From Candidatus Altimarinota bacterium (GTDB taxonomy: Bacteria; Patescibacteriota; Gracilibacteria; CAIRYL01; GCA-016699755): a stretch of 64,000 bases of DNA. The notes under the pieces were generated by a model. It did not search any database. It saw only the letters and a list, made by a program, of their open reading frames with translations, and was not told the DNA's origin. Location of the stretch: positions 160,001 through 224,000 of the forward strand of contig OY760935.1 in the NCBI GenBank assembly GCA_963664295.1. Reading direction: 5' to 3'. A program made the position numbers and the translations under genes. This document shows positions 9,311 through 16,709 of the stretch, piece after piece (the stretch's first letter is position 1; each line of letters begins with the position of its first letter).

Positions 9311-9319
9311 GAGATAGTT
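9302..9319. repeat. 18-bp direct repeat, left copy (ATTTGTCAAGAGATAGTT)
   Basis: Identical to 10174..10191. Confidence 0.85.
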
Positions 9320-9331
9320 GAAAAAAATCAC

Positions 9332-9377
9332 AAAAAGAAAAAACGGCCACAGCCCGGGGCGGGCGTGCGACCGTTTT
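9332..9377 (-). terminator. GC-rich intrinsic terminator of the cassette gene
   Basis: Minus strand AAAACGGTCGCA-CGCCCGCCCCGGGC-TGTGGCCGTTTTTTCTTTTT. Confidence 0.75.
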
Positions 9378-9399
9378 GATGAATCATCCTCCTTTCTTT

Positions 9400-9828
9400 T
9401 TAGTTGTTTTCCAGTAGCGCTGGGATGTCGATCGACAGGTCGGTGATATTTCTGCGAATGTATTCCGCCAATATTCCGCGCGGAATGCGAAGCGTCATGG
9501 TGGATTGTCTTTGGGCGTGGTCATAATCGACCTTGATGTACGGCTCGAGTTCGAACCAGTTTCCCACGCTCCCGTAGGCAATTTTTGTCACATTGTTGCC
9601 ATTGACCTGCAAAACGCTGGCCAAGCTCGAGAGCAGATTTGCCGCCATGTAGGCCTCGGCGACCTGTTTTGAGACATATTTGCCCCCACTTTCACTGTCT
9701 TCGTTGGGGGCACGTCCTATGGATGTGACGACGACTATGTCGCCTTCCATTTTTGTTATAACTTCGGCAGCCCCGCAGACTGCCGGGAGAATGAGACAAA
9801 TAAGCAGAGCACTAGCCAATTTTTTCAT
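9400..9828 (-). CDS. GC-rich secreted protein, weak LPP20/FlgP-like resemblance
   Basis: AAGGAGG SD before ATG 9828; signal peptide MKKLASALLICLILPAVCGA; VVVTSIGRAP...A..NL pattern. Confidence 0.7.
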   Translation of the reverse strand: MKKLASALLICLILPAVCGAAEVITKMEGDIVVVTSIGRAPNEDSESGGKYVSKQVAEAYMAANLLSSLASVLQVNGNNVTKIAYGSVGNWFELEPYIKVDYDHAQRQSTMTLRIPRGILAEYIRRNITDLSIDIPALLENN

Positions 9829-9890
9829 GATTTCCTCCTTGGAAAAGTGTGTAGTGGGGCATAATTGCCCAAGCTCTAAAAAATAAACCT

Positions 9891-9951
9891 TAACTTCGAC
9901 TCTTTTAAGCACAAAATATATATAAATTTATGACCAAAAGAGTCGAAGTTA
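9891..9951. repeat. Perfect 16-bp inverted repeat with 29-nt spacer
   Basis: TAACTTCGACTCTTTT (9891-9906) / AAAAGAGTCGAAGTTA (9936-9951). Confidence 0.9.
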
Positions 9952-10106
9952 GTATTAAACAACAATAATAATGAAGAGAGGATCTGCTCTCATGCTTAAA
10001 TAATTTAAGCACCGATTCATTTGCAATCATGCATTTATAAGCAAAAAGATATACATAAAGCATAAATTGTACTAAGAGCAGGTCACTCTTCACTATCTAC
10101 CTATGC

Positions 10107-10118
10107 TGTCAAAGATCA
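10107..10118 (-). promoter_or_regulatory. boxA-like antitermination site
   Basis: Minus strand TGATCTTTGACA versus the E. coli rrn boxA TGCTCTTTAACA, about 35 nt after a -10 box. Confidence 0.45.
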
Positions 10119-10153
10119 GCTTAATAAATAAATTATTATTCTTAAGTTGCAAT

Positions 10154-10182
10154 AATTTACAACAAAAATAGACATTTGTCAA
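10154..10182 (-). promoter_or_regulatory. sigma70 promoter of the cassette
   Basis: Minus strand TTGACA-17-TAAATT. Confidence 0.6.
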
Positions 10183-10191
10183 GAGATAGTT
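10174..10191. repeat. 18-bp direct repeat, right copy
   Basis: Identical to 9302..9319. Confidence 0.85.
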
Positions 10192-10213
10192 TTTCTAAAG
10201 ATAAATTATAATT

Positions 10214-11296
10214 TTACACTTGATCAAATTCACTTTCTCCAAAGGCAATTAGTCTCTTTAGAGCCATGTCAGAGCTACTTATTCCCATTGCCTTTCTGGT
10301 TGCTGGTGAAAAATCATCAACATGTGCTCCTCTAACAAATTGATTACCTCTTTTAACAGGGTCAGCAGAGGTAATTACATTTTCATTTGCAATTCCATAA
10401 GTATTTTTTAAGTGTTCTGTTAAAAATATACTTGCTTTGATTTGTTCTAATTTTGGCTCCTCAACTCCATATTGGCCTTTTTTGTCTTCTCTAAGTGCTA
10501 TTTCAACTGCAATAGTATGACGATTGATATCCCCATAGCCAAGTTTGTAAGGAATATTGCCTAAAGCCCCGTAGCCTTGTTGTGCATCAAAAAACTGCAC
10601 AATTGCACCATTGTGAGCAATCATAAAAGCTGCATCCATACTTTTTGCTAGGGTTTTTAATCCTGATTTGGTCACCTCTTGGTCACTCATTTTGTTGTGA
10701 GCGCCAGTGCCATGATAGGCAATAAAGTTTTTTCTTCTAAATACCTTTGATGATTGCATACTAAATGGCTTTGTATCAGTTATGTAATAAATAATTCTTC
10801 TACCATTTTCATCATAAACTTCATTATTATTAATTTTTTTAATTGCTTCTGCTTGTGTACATTTTATGAGTAATAATTGTTCATTCAAAATTTCTACATT
10901 AGGGGTTATGTCTTTTCTAAAAGTTTTTCGTTTTAGTGATGTTAAGTGAGGAATACTGCTATCCACTTTTGCTTTTAAGTTTCTTTCTTTTTGCACACTT
11001 TGTTGAGCTACTTGTGCTTTTGCTTTTTCTTTTGCCTTGTTTCTTATTTTAATTAAGTCATTGAGGGTTAAATTTTTTAATTCATCTCCTTCTGCCAATG
11101 TTGTTTGCCATGTTTTCATGTAATATTCTGCTCCATCCCAGCTTTTGCCCAGTTTATAAAAATAATTGATCATTTTTTGAGCATTTTCTGCGTTTTGATT
11201 TTCTCGAAACTCATTACCTAGTTGATTAGCACCACTATTTTCTAGTTTACTCTTTGCTTTTTGCAAGAAACCGCCAATTTGCTCACCTAAAGTCAT
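10214..11296 (-). CDS. Orphan N-terminal region fused to an Amidase_2/PGRP-like peptidoglycan amidase domain (degenerate)
   Basis: IAYHGT, AAFMI..NG.I.Q, N..TIAVEI, EQI.A...L...L...YGI...NVI pattern. Confidence 0.65.
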   Translation of the reverse strand: MTLGEQIGGFLQKAKSKLENSGANQLGNEFRENQNAENAQKMINYFYKLGKSWDGAEYYMKTWQTTLAEGDELKNLTLNDLIKIRNKAKEKAKAQVAQQSVQKERNLKAKVDSSIPHLTSLKRKTFRKDITPNVEILNEQLLLIKCTQAEAIKKINNNEVYDENGRRIIYYITDTKPFSMQSSKVFRRKNFIAYHGTGAHNKMSDQEVTKSGLKTLAKSMDAAFMIAHNGAIVQFFDAQQGYGALGNIPYKLGYGDINRHTIAVEIALREDKKGQYGVEEPKLEQIKASIFLTEHLKNTYGIANENVITSADPVKRGNQFVRGAHVDDFSPATRKAMGISSSDMALKRLIAFGESEFDQV

Positions 11297-11410
11297 TAAT
11301 TTTATCCATAAATCATATAATTATAACATAAAATTATCAAAAATAACAATTTAATGTCCTGAATTTTTCATTTTTCTGCTATGATTCTGTTCAGCATTAT
11401 TTTTTGATTT

Positions 11411-12823
11411 ATGTCTGAAATTCGAGTGCGTATACCGCCATCACCAACAGGTCTTTTGCATGTGGGCACAGTCCGCACAGCACTTTATAACTATCTTTTT
11501 GCAAAAAAACACAAAGGAAAAATTGTTTTTCGCTTTGAAGATACAGACAAAGAACGAAGCAAAAAAGAATACGAAGAAGATATTTTAAGTGGCTTAAAAA
11601 ACCTTGGATTAAGCTATGATGAAGGTGTTTTTTATCAATCAAAACGCACAGAAATATATAAAAAATATTTAGAAGTTCTCTTAGAAGAAGGCAAAGCTTA
11701 TAAATGCTTTTGTACCAAAGAAGAATTAGAAAAAAAACGGGAAGAACAAATAAAAAACAAGCTTCCTCCTCGTCACGAATGTTGCTGTTGTGATAATCAA
11801 GACAGAAAAGGGGACTTTGTTGTTCGTTTTAAAGTGTCAAAAAATAAAGACATTATTTTTGATGACCTTGTGCGAGGAAAAGTAAAAATAAGCTCAAATG
11901 AAATTGCAGATTTTGTTATTGCAAAGAGCATGACAGAGCCACTTTATAATTATTGTGTGGTTGTTGATGACTATGAAATGAAAATAAGCCATATTATTCG
12001 TGGAGAAGATGGCATATCGAATACTCCAAAACAAATTATGATTTATGAAGCTTTTAACTGGAATATTCCTCAGTTTGCTCATTTGCCTTTAATATTAAAC
12101 CAAGACAAATCCAAGCTTTCTAAACGAAAAAACAGGGTTAGCGTTGATGCATTTTTAGAAGATGGGATTTTGCCTGATGCTTTGTTGAACTTTTTAGCTC
12201 TTTTGGGTTGGAATACTTCCGATGAAAAAGAGATATTCACACTAGACGAGCTTATTCAGGAATTTGATTTAAAAAATGTACATAAAGGAGGAGCAGTTTT
12301 TGATGAAAAAAAACTTTTATGGATAAATGGTTTATATATTCGCAATAAATCCACAGAAGAATTAAAAAAATTAGTTATTCCTTATTTAAAAAAAGCAAAT
12401 ATTGATTATATGAAACATGGTGAAGATTTTTTCACAAAAGCGCTTAAATCTACGCAAGAACGTATGAAAAAACTTTCTGAAGCACCAGAGTTATTAGCTT
12501 TTTTCTTTAAAGAAGATTTGGATTATCCAGTTGATTTTTTTGAGCATGAAAAAATGGGTGTCACTCAAGATGTGGCAAAAAAAGCCCTTAAAGAAGCCAT
12601 AAATGCAATATCAAATTTAGAAGAAATCACCCAAGAAACAACAGAAGAAGTATTAGTGGCAAAAATTAAAGAATTGGGTTGGAAAAACGGACAATTACTT
12701 TGGCCTATTCGAGTGGCATTAAGTGGAGAAAAGTTTTCACCTGGTGTTTTTGAACTTTTGGAGATTTTTGGTCGCAATGAATCATTAAAACGCATAAATA
12801 AAGGCTTGGAAATTCTCGCATAA
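11411..12823 (+). CDS. gltX: Glutamate--tRNA ligase
   Basis: PSPTG.LHVG (HIGH), RFEDTD, IRGED, KLSKR (KMSKS). Confidence 0.97.
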   Translation: MSEIRVRIPPSPTGLLHVGTVRTALYNYLFAKKHKGKIVFRFEDTDKERSKKEYEEDILSGLKNLGLSYDEGVFYQSKRTEIYKKYLEVLLEEGKAYKCFCTKEELEKKREEQIKNKLPPRHECCCCDNQDRKGDFVVRFKVSKNKDIIFDDLVRGKVKISSNEIADFVIAKSMTEPLYNYCVVVDDYEMKISHIIRGEDGISNTPKQIMIYEAFNWNIPQFAHLPLILNQDKSKLSKRKNRVSVDAFLEDGILPDALLNFLALLGWNTSDEKEIFTLDELIQEFDLKNVHKGGAVFDEKKLLWINGLYIRNKSTEELKKLVIPYLKKANIDYMKHGEDFFTKALKSTQERMKKLSEAPELLAFFFKEDLDYPVDFFEHEKMGVTQDVAKKALKEAINAISNLEEITQETTEEVLVAKIKELGWKNGQLLWPIRVALSGEKFSPGVFELLEIFGRNESLKRINKGLEILA

Positions 12824-12826
12824 ATC

Positions 12827-14431
12827 ATGGATCTATCATTTTTTAAGAAAAAATGGCACTTTCGACATCAAAAAGAAAATGAAAAAAATCTTTATGAGCT
12901 TTTTCTTAAAGCTCGTAAGCTAAATCCCACGGATGAGTTTTTAAGCCCTAATAATAGCCATTTGTCCGATCCTGATAATTTTCCAGAAATGCAAAAGGCT
13001 TGCGAAAGGGTTTATTCTGCTATCCAAAAAAATGAAAAAATTTTGGTTTTTGGTGATTATGATCTAGATGGGATCTCTGGTGCGGCCATTCTTTTTCGCA
13101 CATTAAAATTATTAGGTGCTAATGTTTCTGTTTGGCTTCCTTCGCGTGCTGATGGCTTTGGATTAACAAAAAAATACGCTCAATCCGCAATAGAAAGAAA
13201 ATTTGACCTAGTAATAACTACAGACTGTGGTTTTTCAGATTATAATTCTGTTGTGAGCCTAAAAGAGCAGGGGATTGACACAATAATCACAGATCACCAC
13301 TCCATACCAAAAAAAATTCCACCTTATTATGCAATTATTCATCCTCAATATCCGATTATGCAGGATACTCTTTTCGCTGGCGCGGGAGTGGCTTTAAAAT
13401 TTGCCCAAGGTTTGTTGAAAAATAATCTCCCAGCAGAATTATTAGAATTTTCTGCTTTGGGTACAGTAGCGGACTTAGTTGAACTCACTAATGAAAATAG
13501 AATTATAGTTGCTCTGGGGATAGAATGTCTTAAGAAAACAAAAAATCCTGGACTACAAAGATTATTTGCATTGTCTGGCACAAAACAAAATGAAATTGAT
13601 GTGGAAAAAATAGCTTTTTTTATTGCACCTCGTCTGAATTCAGCCGGCAGAATGGCACACCCAATGGAGGCACTGGCTTTGCTTTTGGGTAAAGTGGAAA
13701 ATGCACCTATCTTAGAAAAAATAAACTCAGAAAGACAATTAGTGACAGAAAAATATATAAAACAAATATTAGAAGAATTAGACCATAATCAGCCAGCTTT
13801 AGTTGTCAAAACTGATGCAACAGCAGGCATAATCGGGCTTTTGGCTGGCAGATTGCAAGAACGGTTTAACAAACCAGTTGTTGTGCTGTCAGAAGAAGAA
13901 AATGAATTCAAAGCTTCCTGCAGAAGCCCAGAGGATTTTCATCTTGCAGATTCGCTCAAAGAACTTTCAAGTCATTTTTTGGCTTATGGCGGTCATGCGC
14001 AAGCCGCAGGCTTTTCTTTGATTAAAGAAAATTATTCTAATTTTGAAAAAGATTTTCATAATTTAGTGCTCAAAAAAAGAGGGAATAAGCCACCAGCGCC
14101 TTTATTAAAAATAGACGCACAAATTAGCTTAGACGACCTAAGTCTTGAGTCGGTGGAGCAACTTTTATGCCTTGCTCCTTTTGGTGCTGGTTTTTCCGCT
14201 CCTGTTTTTTCTATAAAAGCAGAAGAAATTTACGACTCCAGATGCGTTGGTAAAACAGGTAAGCACCTGCTTTTTAGATGCGGATCTTTTTCTGCCATTG
14301 CTTTTTCTTGTGCTGATGCGCTTGATTTTATTCACAAAAAAGGTAGCCGAGTCGAAATTGCCTTTACTCCGGAAATAAACACATGGAATGGCTCAAAATC
14401 TGTAAAATTAAAAGTTTATGATTTTAGATAA
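12827..14431 (+). CDS. recJ: Single-stranded DNA exonuclease RecJ
   Basis: GDYDLDG, TDCG, TDHH, GTVAD, PRLNSAGR, GGHAQAAG. Confidence 0.95.
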   Translation: MDLSFFKKKWHFRHQKENEKNLYELFLKARKLNPTDEFLSPNNSHLSDPDNFPEMQKACERVYSAIQKNEKILVFGDYDLDGISGAAILFRTLKLLGANVSVWLPSRADGFGLTKKYAQSAIERKFDLVITTDCGFSDYNSVVSLKEQGIDTIITDHHSIPKKIPPYYAIIHPQYPIMQDTLFAGAGVALKFAQGLLKNNLPAELLEFSALGTVADLVELTNENRIIVALGIECLKKTKNPGLQRLFALSGTKQNEIDVEKIAFFIAPRLNSAGRMAHPMEALALLLGKVENAPILEKINSERQLVTEKYIKQILEELDHNQPALVVKTDATAGIIGLLAGRLQERFNKPVVVLSEEENEFKASCRSPEDFHLADSLKELSSHFLAYGGHAQAAGFSLIKENYSNFEKDFHNLVLKKRGNKPPAPLLKIDAQISLDDLSLESVEQLLCLAPFGAGFSAPVFSIKAEEIYDSRCVGKTGKHLLFRCGSFSAIAFSCADALDFIHKKGSRVEIAFTPEINTWNGSKSVKLKVYDFR

Positions 14432-14444
14432 AAATATATTGCAA

Positions 14445-14509
14445 AAAATCTCCTCTTCACCTTTTTTGTTAAAATTAAATTAAAAAGTGCGATGAAAGAA
14501 GGAGATTTT
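14445..14509. terminator. Imperfect long hairpin between convergent recJ and ftsL-like genes
   Basis: AAAATCTCCT...AGGAGATTTT arms plus TTCA/TGAA. Confidence 0.4.
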
Positions 14510-14521
14510 CTGCTAGTTTTA

Positions 14522-14875
14522 TTATTTGTTTTGAGCAATGGCAGTATCACCTCTAATAAACTTAGGTTTCTCGGCATCAACCATAGAGGCGATTTTTGGA
14601 TCACTTTCCAAATTTTCCAAGCTTTGTAAGTCAGCTATTTTCATTCCCAAAACTTCGTTTTGGGTTATTAAACTTGCCCTTTCTTCTCTTAAAACCTTCA
14701 AAACATGACCCTTGGTAGCTACCCTGTTTGAATGAGAAAGAAAAAGCAAGGACAAAAGGCAGATTACCGCTATCATAACGAATAGAGTTGCCGTTAGTCC
14801 AGTTTCCATTCTCTCGGAAAGAGTCCTTTTTTTAATTCTTTTTCTTGCTGGATTGCTAATAGCAACTGATTCCAT
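14522..14875 (-). CDS. FtsL-like cell division protein
   Basis: Basic N-terminus, single TM helix, coiled coil; directly downstream of rsmH. Confidence 0.7.
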   Translation of the reverse strand: MESVAISNPARKRIKKRTLSERMETGLTATLFVMIAVICLLSLLFLSHSNRVATKGHVLKVLREERASLITQNEVLGMKIADLQSLENLESDPKIASMVDAEKPKFIRGDTAIAQNK

Positions 14876-14888
14876 TTATTTTGAAAGA

Positions 14889-15809
14889 TTAAATTAATTT
14901 TTGAATTGCTCTCAGCTTTGCGCTTCTTGAGCGGGGATTTTCTGTTATTTCTTTTTCTGTTGGTATAATTGGTTTTCTGCTTAGTAGTTTATATTCTGGT
15001 CCATTGCATATACATTTTGGTAGTTCTTTTGGGCATTTGCAGTTTTTACTTGCTTCTCTGAATATATTTTTGACTATTCTGTCTTCGAGTGAGTGAAATG
15101 TGATAACTGCAATTATTCCGTCTTTTTTCAATATTTTCATTGCGCCCTGAAGGGCTTTTTCTATGTTTTCAAGTTCATTGTTCACTTCTATTCTTATTGC
15201 TTGGAAGGTTTGTGTTGCTGGATTTTTACCTCCCCATCTTCCTTGTCTTTTGCTTTTTTTAATTATTTCTACTAATTCTGTTGTGTTTTCTATTTTCTTA
15301 TTTTTCCTGTATTTGCTTATGTTTTTTGCAATTCTTCTGCTGTCTTTTTCTTCTCCGTATTTGAATATAATTTCAGCTAATTTTTCCTGGGGATAAGTAT
15401 TTACAACTTGATAAGCAGTAAGACTTGTATCATCAGACATTCTCATGTCTAGTATTGCCTCTTTTTTGAATGAAAAACCTCGTTCGTCAGAATCCAGATG
15501 GGGCGATGAAATCCCTAAGTCAAAAAGAATTCTGTCTGCTTCCTTTATTTCCTCTTCTAAGTGAATAAAGTTTTTCCCGATAATTGTGCAATTTTTAGCG
15601 TATTTTTTCAACTTATTTTCAGCTCTTTCTGCGTTTTTTTTGTCCCATTCAAATCCGTATAAATGCCCGTCGGGAACTATCTTTTTAAGGATTTTTTCAG
15701 AATGACCACCAAGTCCAAGTGTGCAATCAACGCAAGTTAAGCCGTTTTTTAAATTTAATATTTGGATTACTTCGTCAAGAAGTACGCTTTTATGCATTGG
15801 TAAGGTCAT
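14889..15809 (-). CDS. rsmH: 16S rRNA m4C1402 methyltransferase
   Basis: HKSVLL.E, DCTLG.GGHS, DLGISS, LDMRM, FQAIRIEVN.EL, FHSLEDR, NPRSRSAKLR; start could be 15797. Confidence 0.96.
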   Translation of the reverse strand: MTLPMHKSVLLDEVIQILNLKNGLTCVDCTLGLGGHSEKILKKIVPDGHLYGFEWDKKNAERAENKLKKYAKNCTIIGKNFIHLEEEIKEADRILFDLGISSPHLDSDERGFSFKKEAILDMRMSDDTSLTAYQVVNTYPQEKLAEIIFKYGEEKDSRRIAKNISKYRKNKKIENTTELVEIIKKSKRQGRWGGKNPATQTFQAIRIEVNNELENIEKALQGAMKILKKDGIIAVITFHSLEDRIVKNIFREASKNCKCPKELPKCICNGPEYKLLSRKPIIPTEKEITENPRSRSAKLRAIQKLI

Positions 15810-15842
15810 TTTTGGCAAGAGGCGATAGTTTTAAAGATCGTT

Positions 15843-15870
15843 TTTGTATAAATTTTTTGTATGTGGATAA
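15843..15870 (-). promoter_or_regulatory. DnaA boxes upstream of rsmH
   Basis: Perfect TTATCCACA (minus, 15862-15870) and TTATACAAA (minus, 15843-15851). Confidence 0.55.
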
Positions 15871-16018
15871 CTTTTTTACTCAAAATTTCTATATTGCTCG
15901 TTAATATACTGCTAAAGGCTGTTTTTTTTGTCAAACAAAATTTTTGGATTTTTCTTAAAATGTTCACTTTTTTTGAACGCTAAATTAAAAAAATAGCTTA
16001 AATAAGCCAAAATATGCA

Positions 16019-16660
16019 CTAATTTTTTTTCAAAATTTCTCTTGCAATATTATTTATTTTATTACTTAATAATATTCCTTCTCTTAGCATTTCCACTTTT
16101 TCATTATCAATTTTGACAATAGTGGAAGGAACTGTGTTTTTGCTTTCTTTTTCTGTCTCACAAAAAAGAATTTTTTGACCATCAAATTGATTTTTTATTG
16201 ATTTAAAGTCATTTTTTGTTTTTTCTCCAGACTTATTTGCACTTGTGGAAACAAGTGGTTTTTTCCAATATTTTTGCAAAAATGTCAAAAGGTTTTTGTT
16301 ATCAGGAATACGAATGGCTAAATTAGCTTGATTTGGAAAAAAATCAGAAAGAGCACCAGATTTGCGAGGAAGAATGATAGTGCAAGCTCCAGGCCAAACT
16401 TTTTTTGCAAATCTTAGCGCAAAATCAGAAAATTCCACGATTTTTTTAGCAGTTTCAAAATTATCAACTAATAATAAAAATGGTTTTTCTTCTTCACGCC
16501 CTTTTGTAGTTTGGATTTGCTTAATTGCTTCTGGGTTTGCAGGATCGCCAGAAAATCCATACACAGTCTCGGTAGGAATTAAAGCAATATTTCCTTTATT
16601 TAACCAATTGTTTATTTGAGGAAAATTTTCTTCTGTAAATTTTATACTTTTCGAGTTCAC
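16019..16660 (-). CDS. tsaC: Threonylcarbamoyl-AMP synthase (TsaC/Sua5 family)
   Basis: PTETVYG, KGR...KP, WPG..T, STSAN.SG, PST; start set at GTG 16660 to avoid overlap with carB. Confidence 0.9.
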   Translation of the reverse strand: MNSKSIKFTEENFPQINNWLNKGNIALIPTETVYGFSGDPANPEAIKQIQTTKGREEEKPFLLLVDNFETAKKIVEFSDFALRFAKKVWPGACTIILPRKSGALSDFFPNQANLAIRIPDNKNLLTFLQKYWKKPLVSTSANKSGEKTKNDFKSIKNQFDGQKILFCETEKESKNTVPSTIVKIDNEKVEMLREGILLSNKINNIAREILKKN

Positions 16661-16709
16661 AAATTCATAAAAATATGCAAAAATCACATAGAAAATTTTA
16701 TCAAGAAAA

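Noticed and set aside
9905-10093. 62-aa ORF in the cassette leader (also 9074..9259 and 9680..9886)
   Set aside because: No SD, atypical composition, and overlap with hairpins or real genes; a leader peptide is not excluded but is unsupported
15819-16018. Possible replication origin
   Set aside because: Only two DnaA boxes in about 200 bp, no dnaA/dnaN nearby, and no skew analysis possible; treated as a regulatory site
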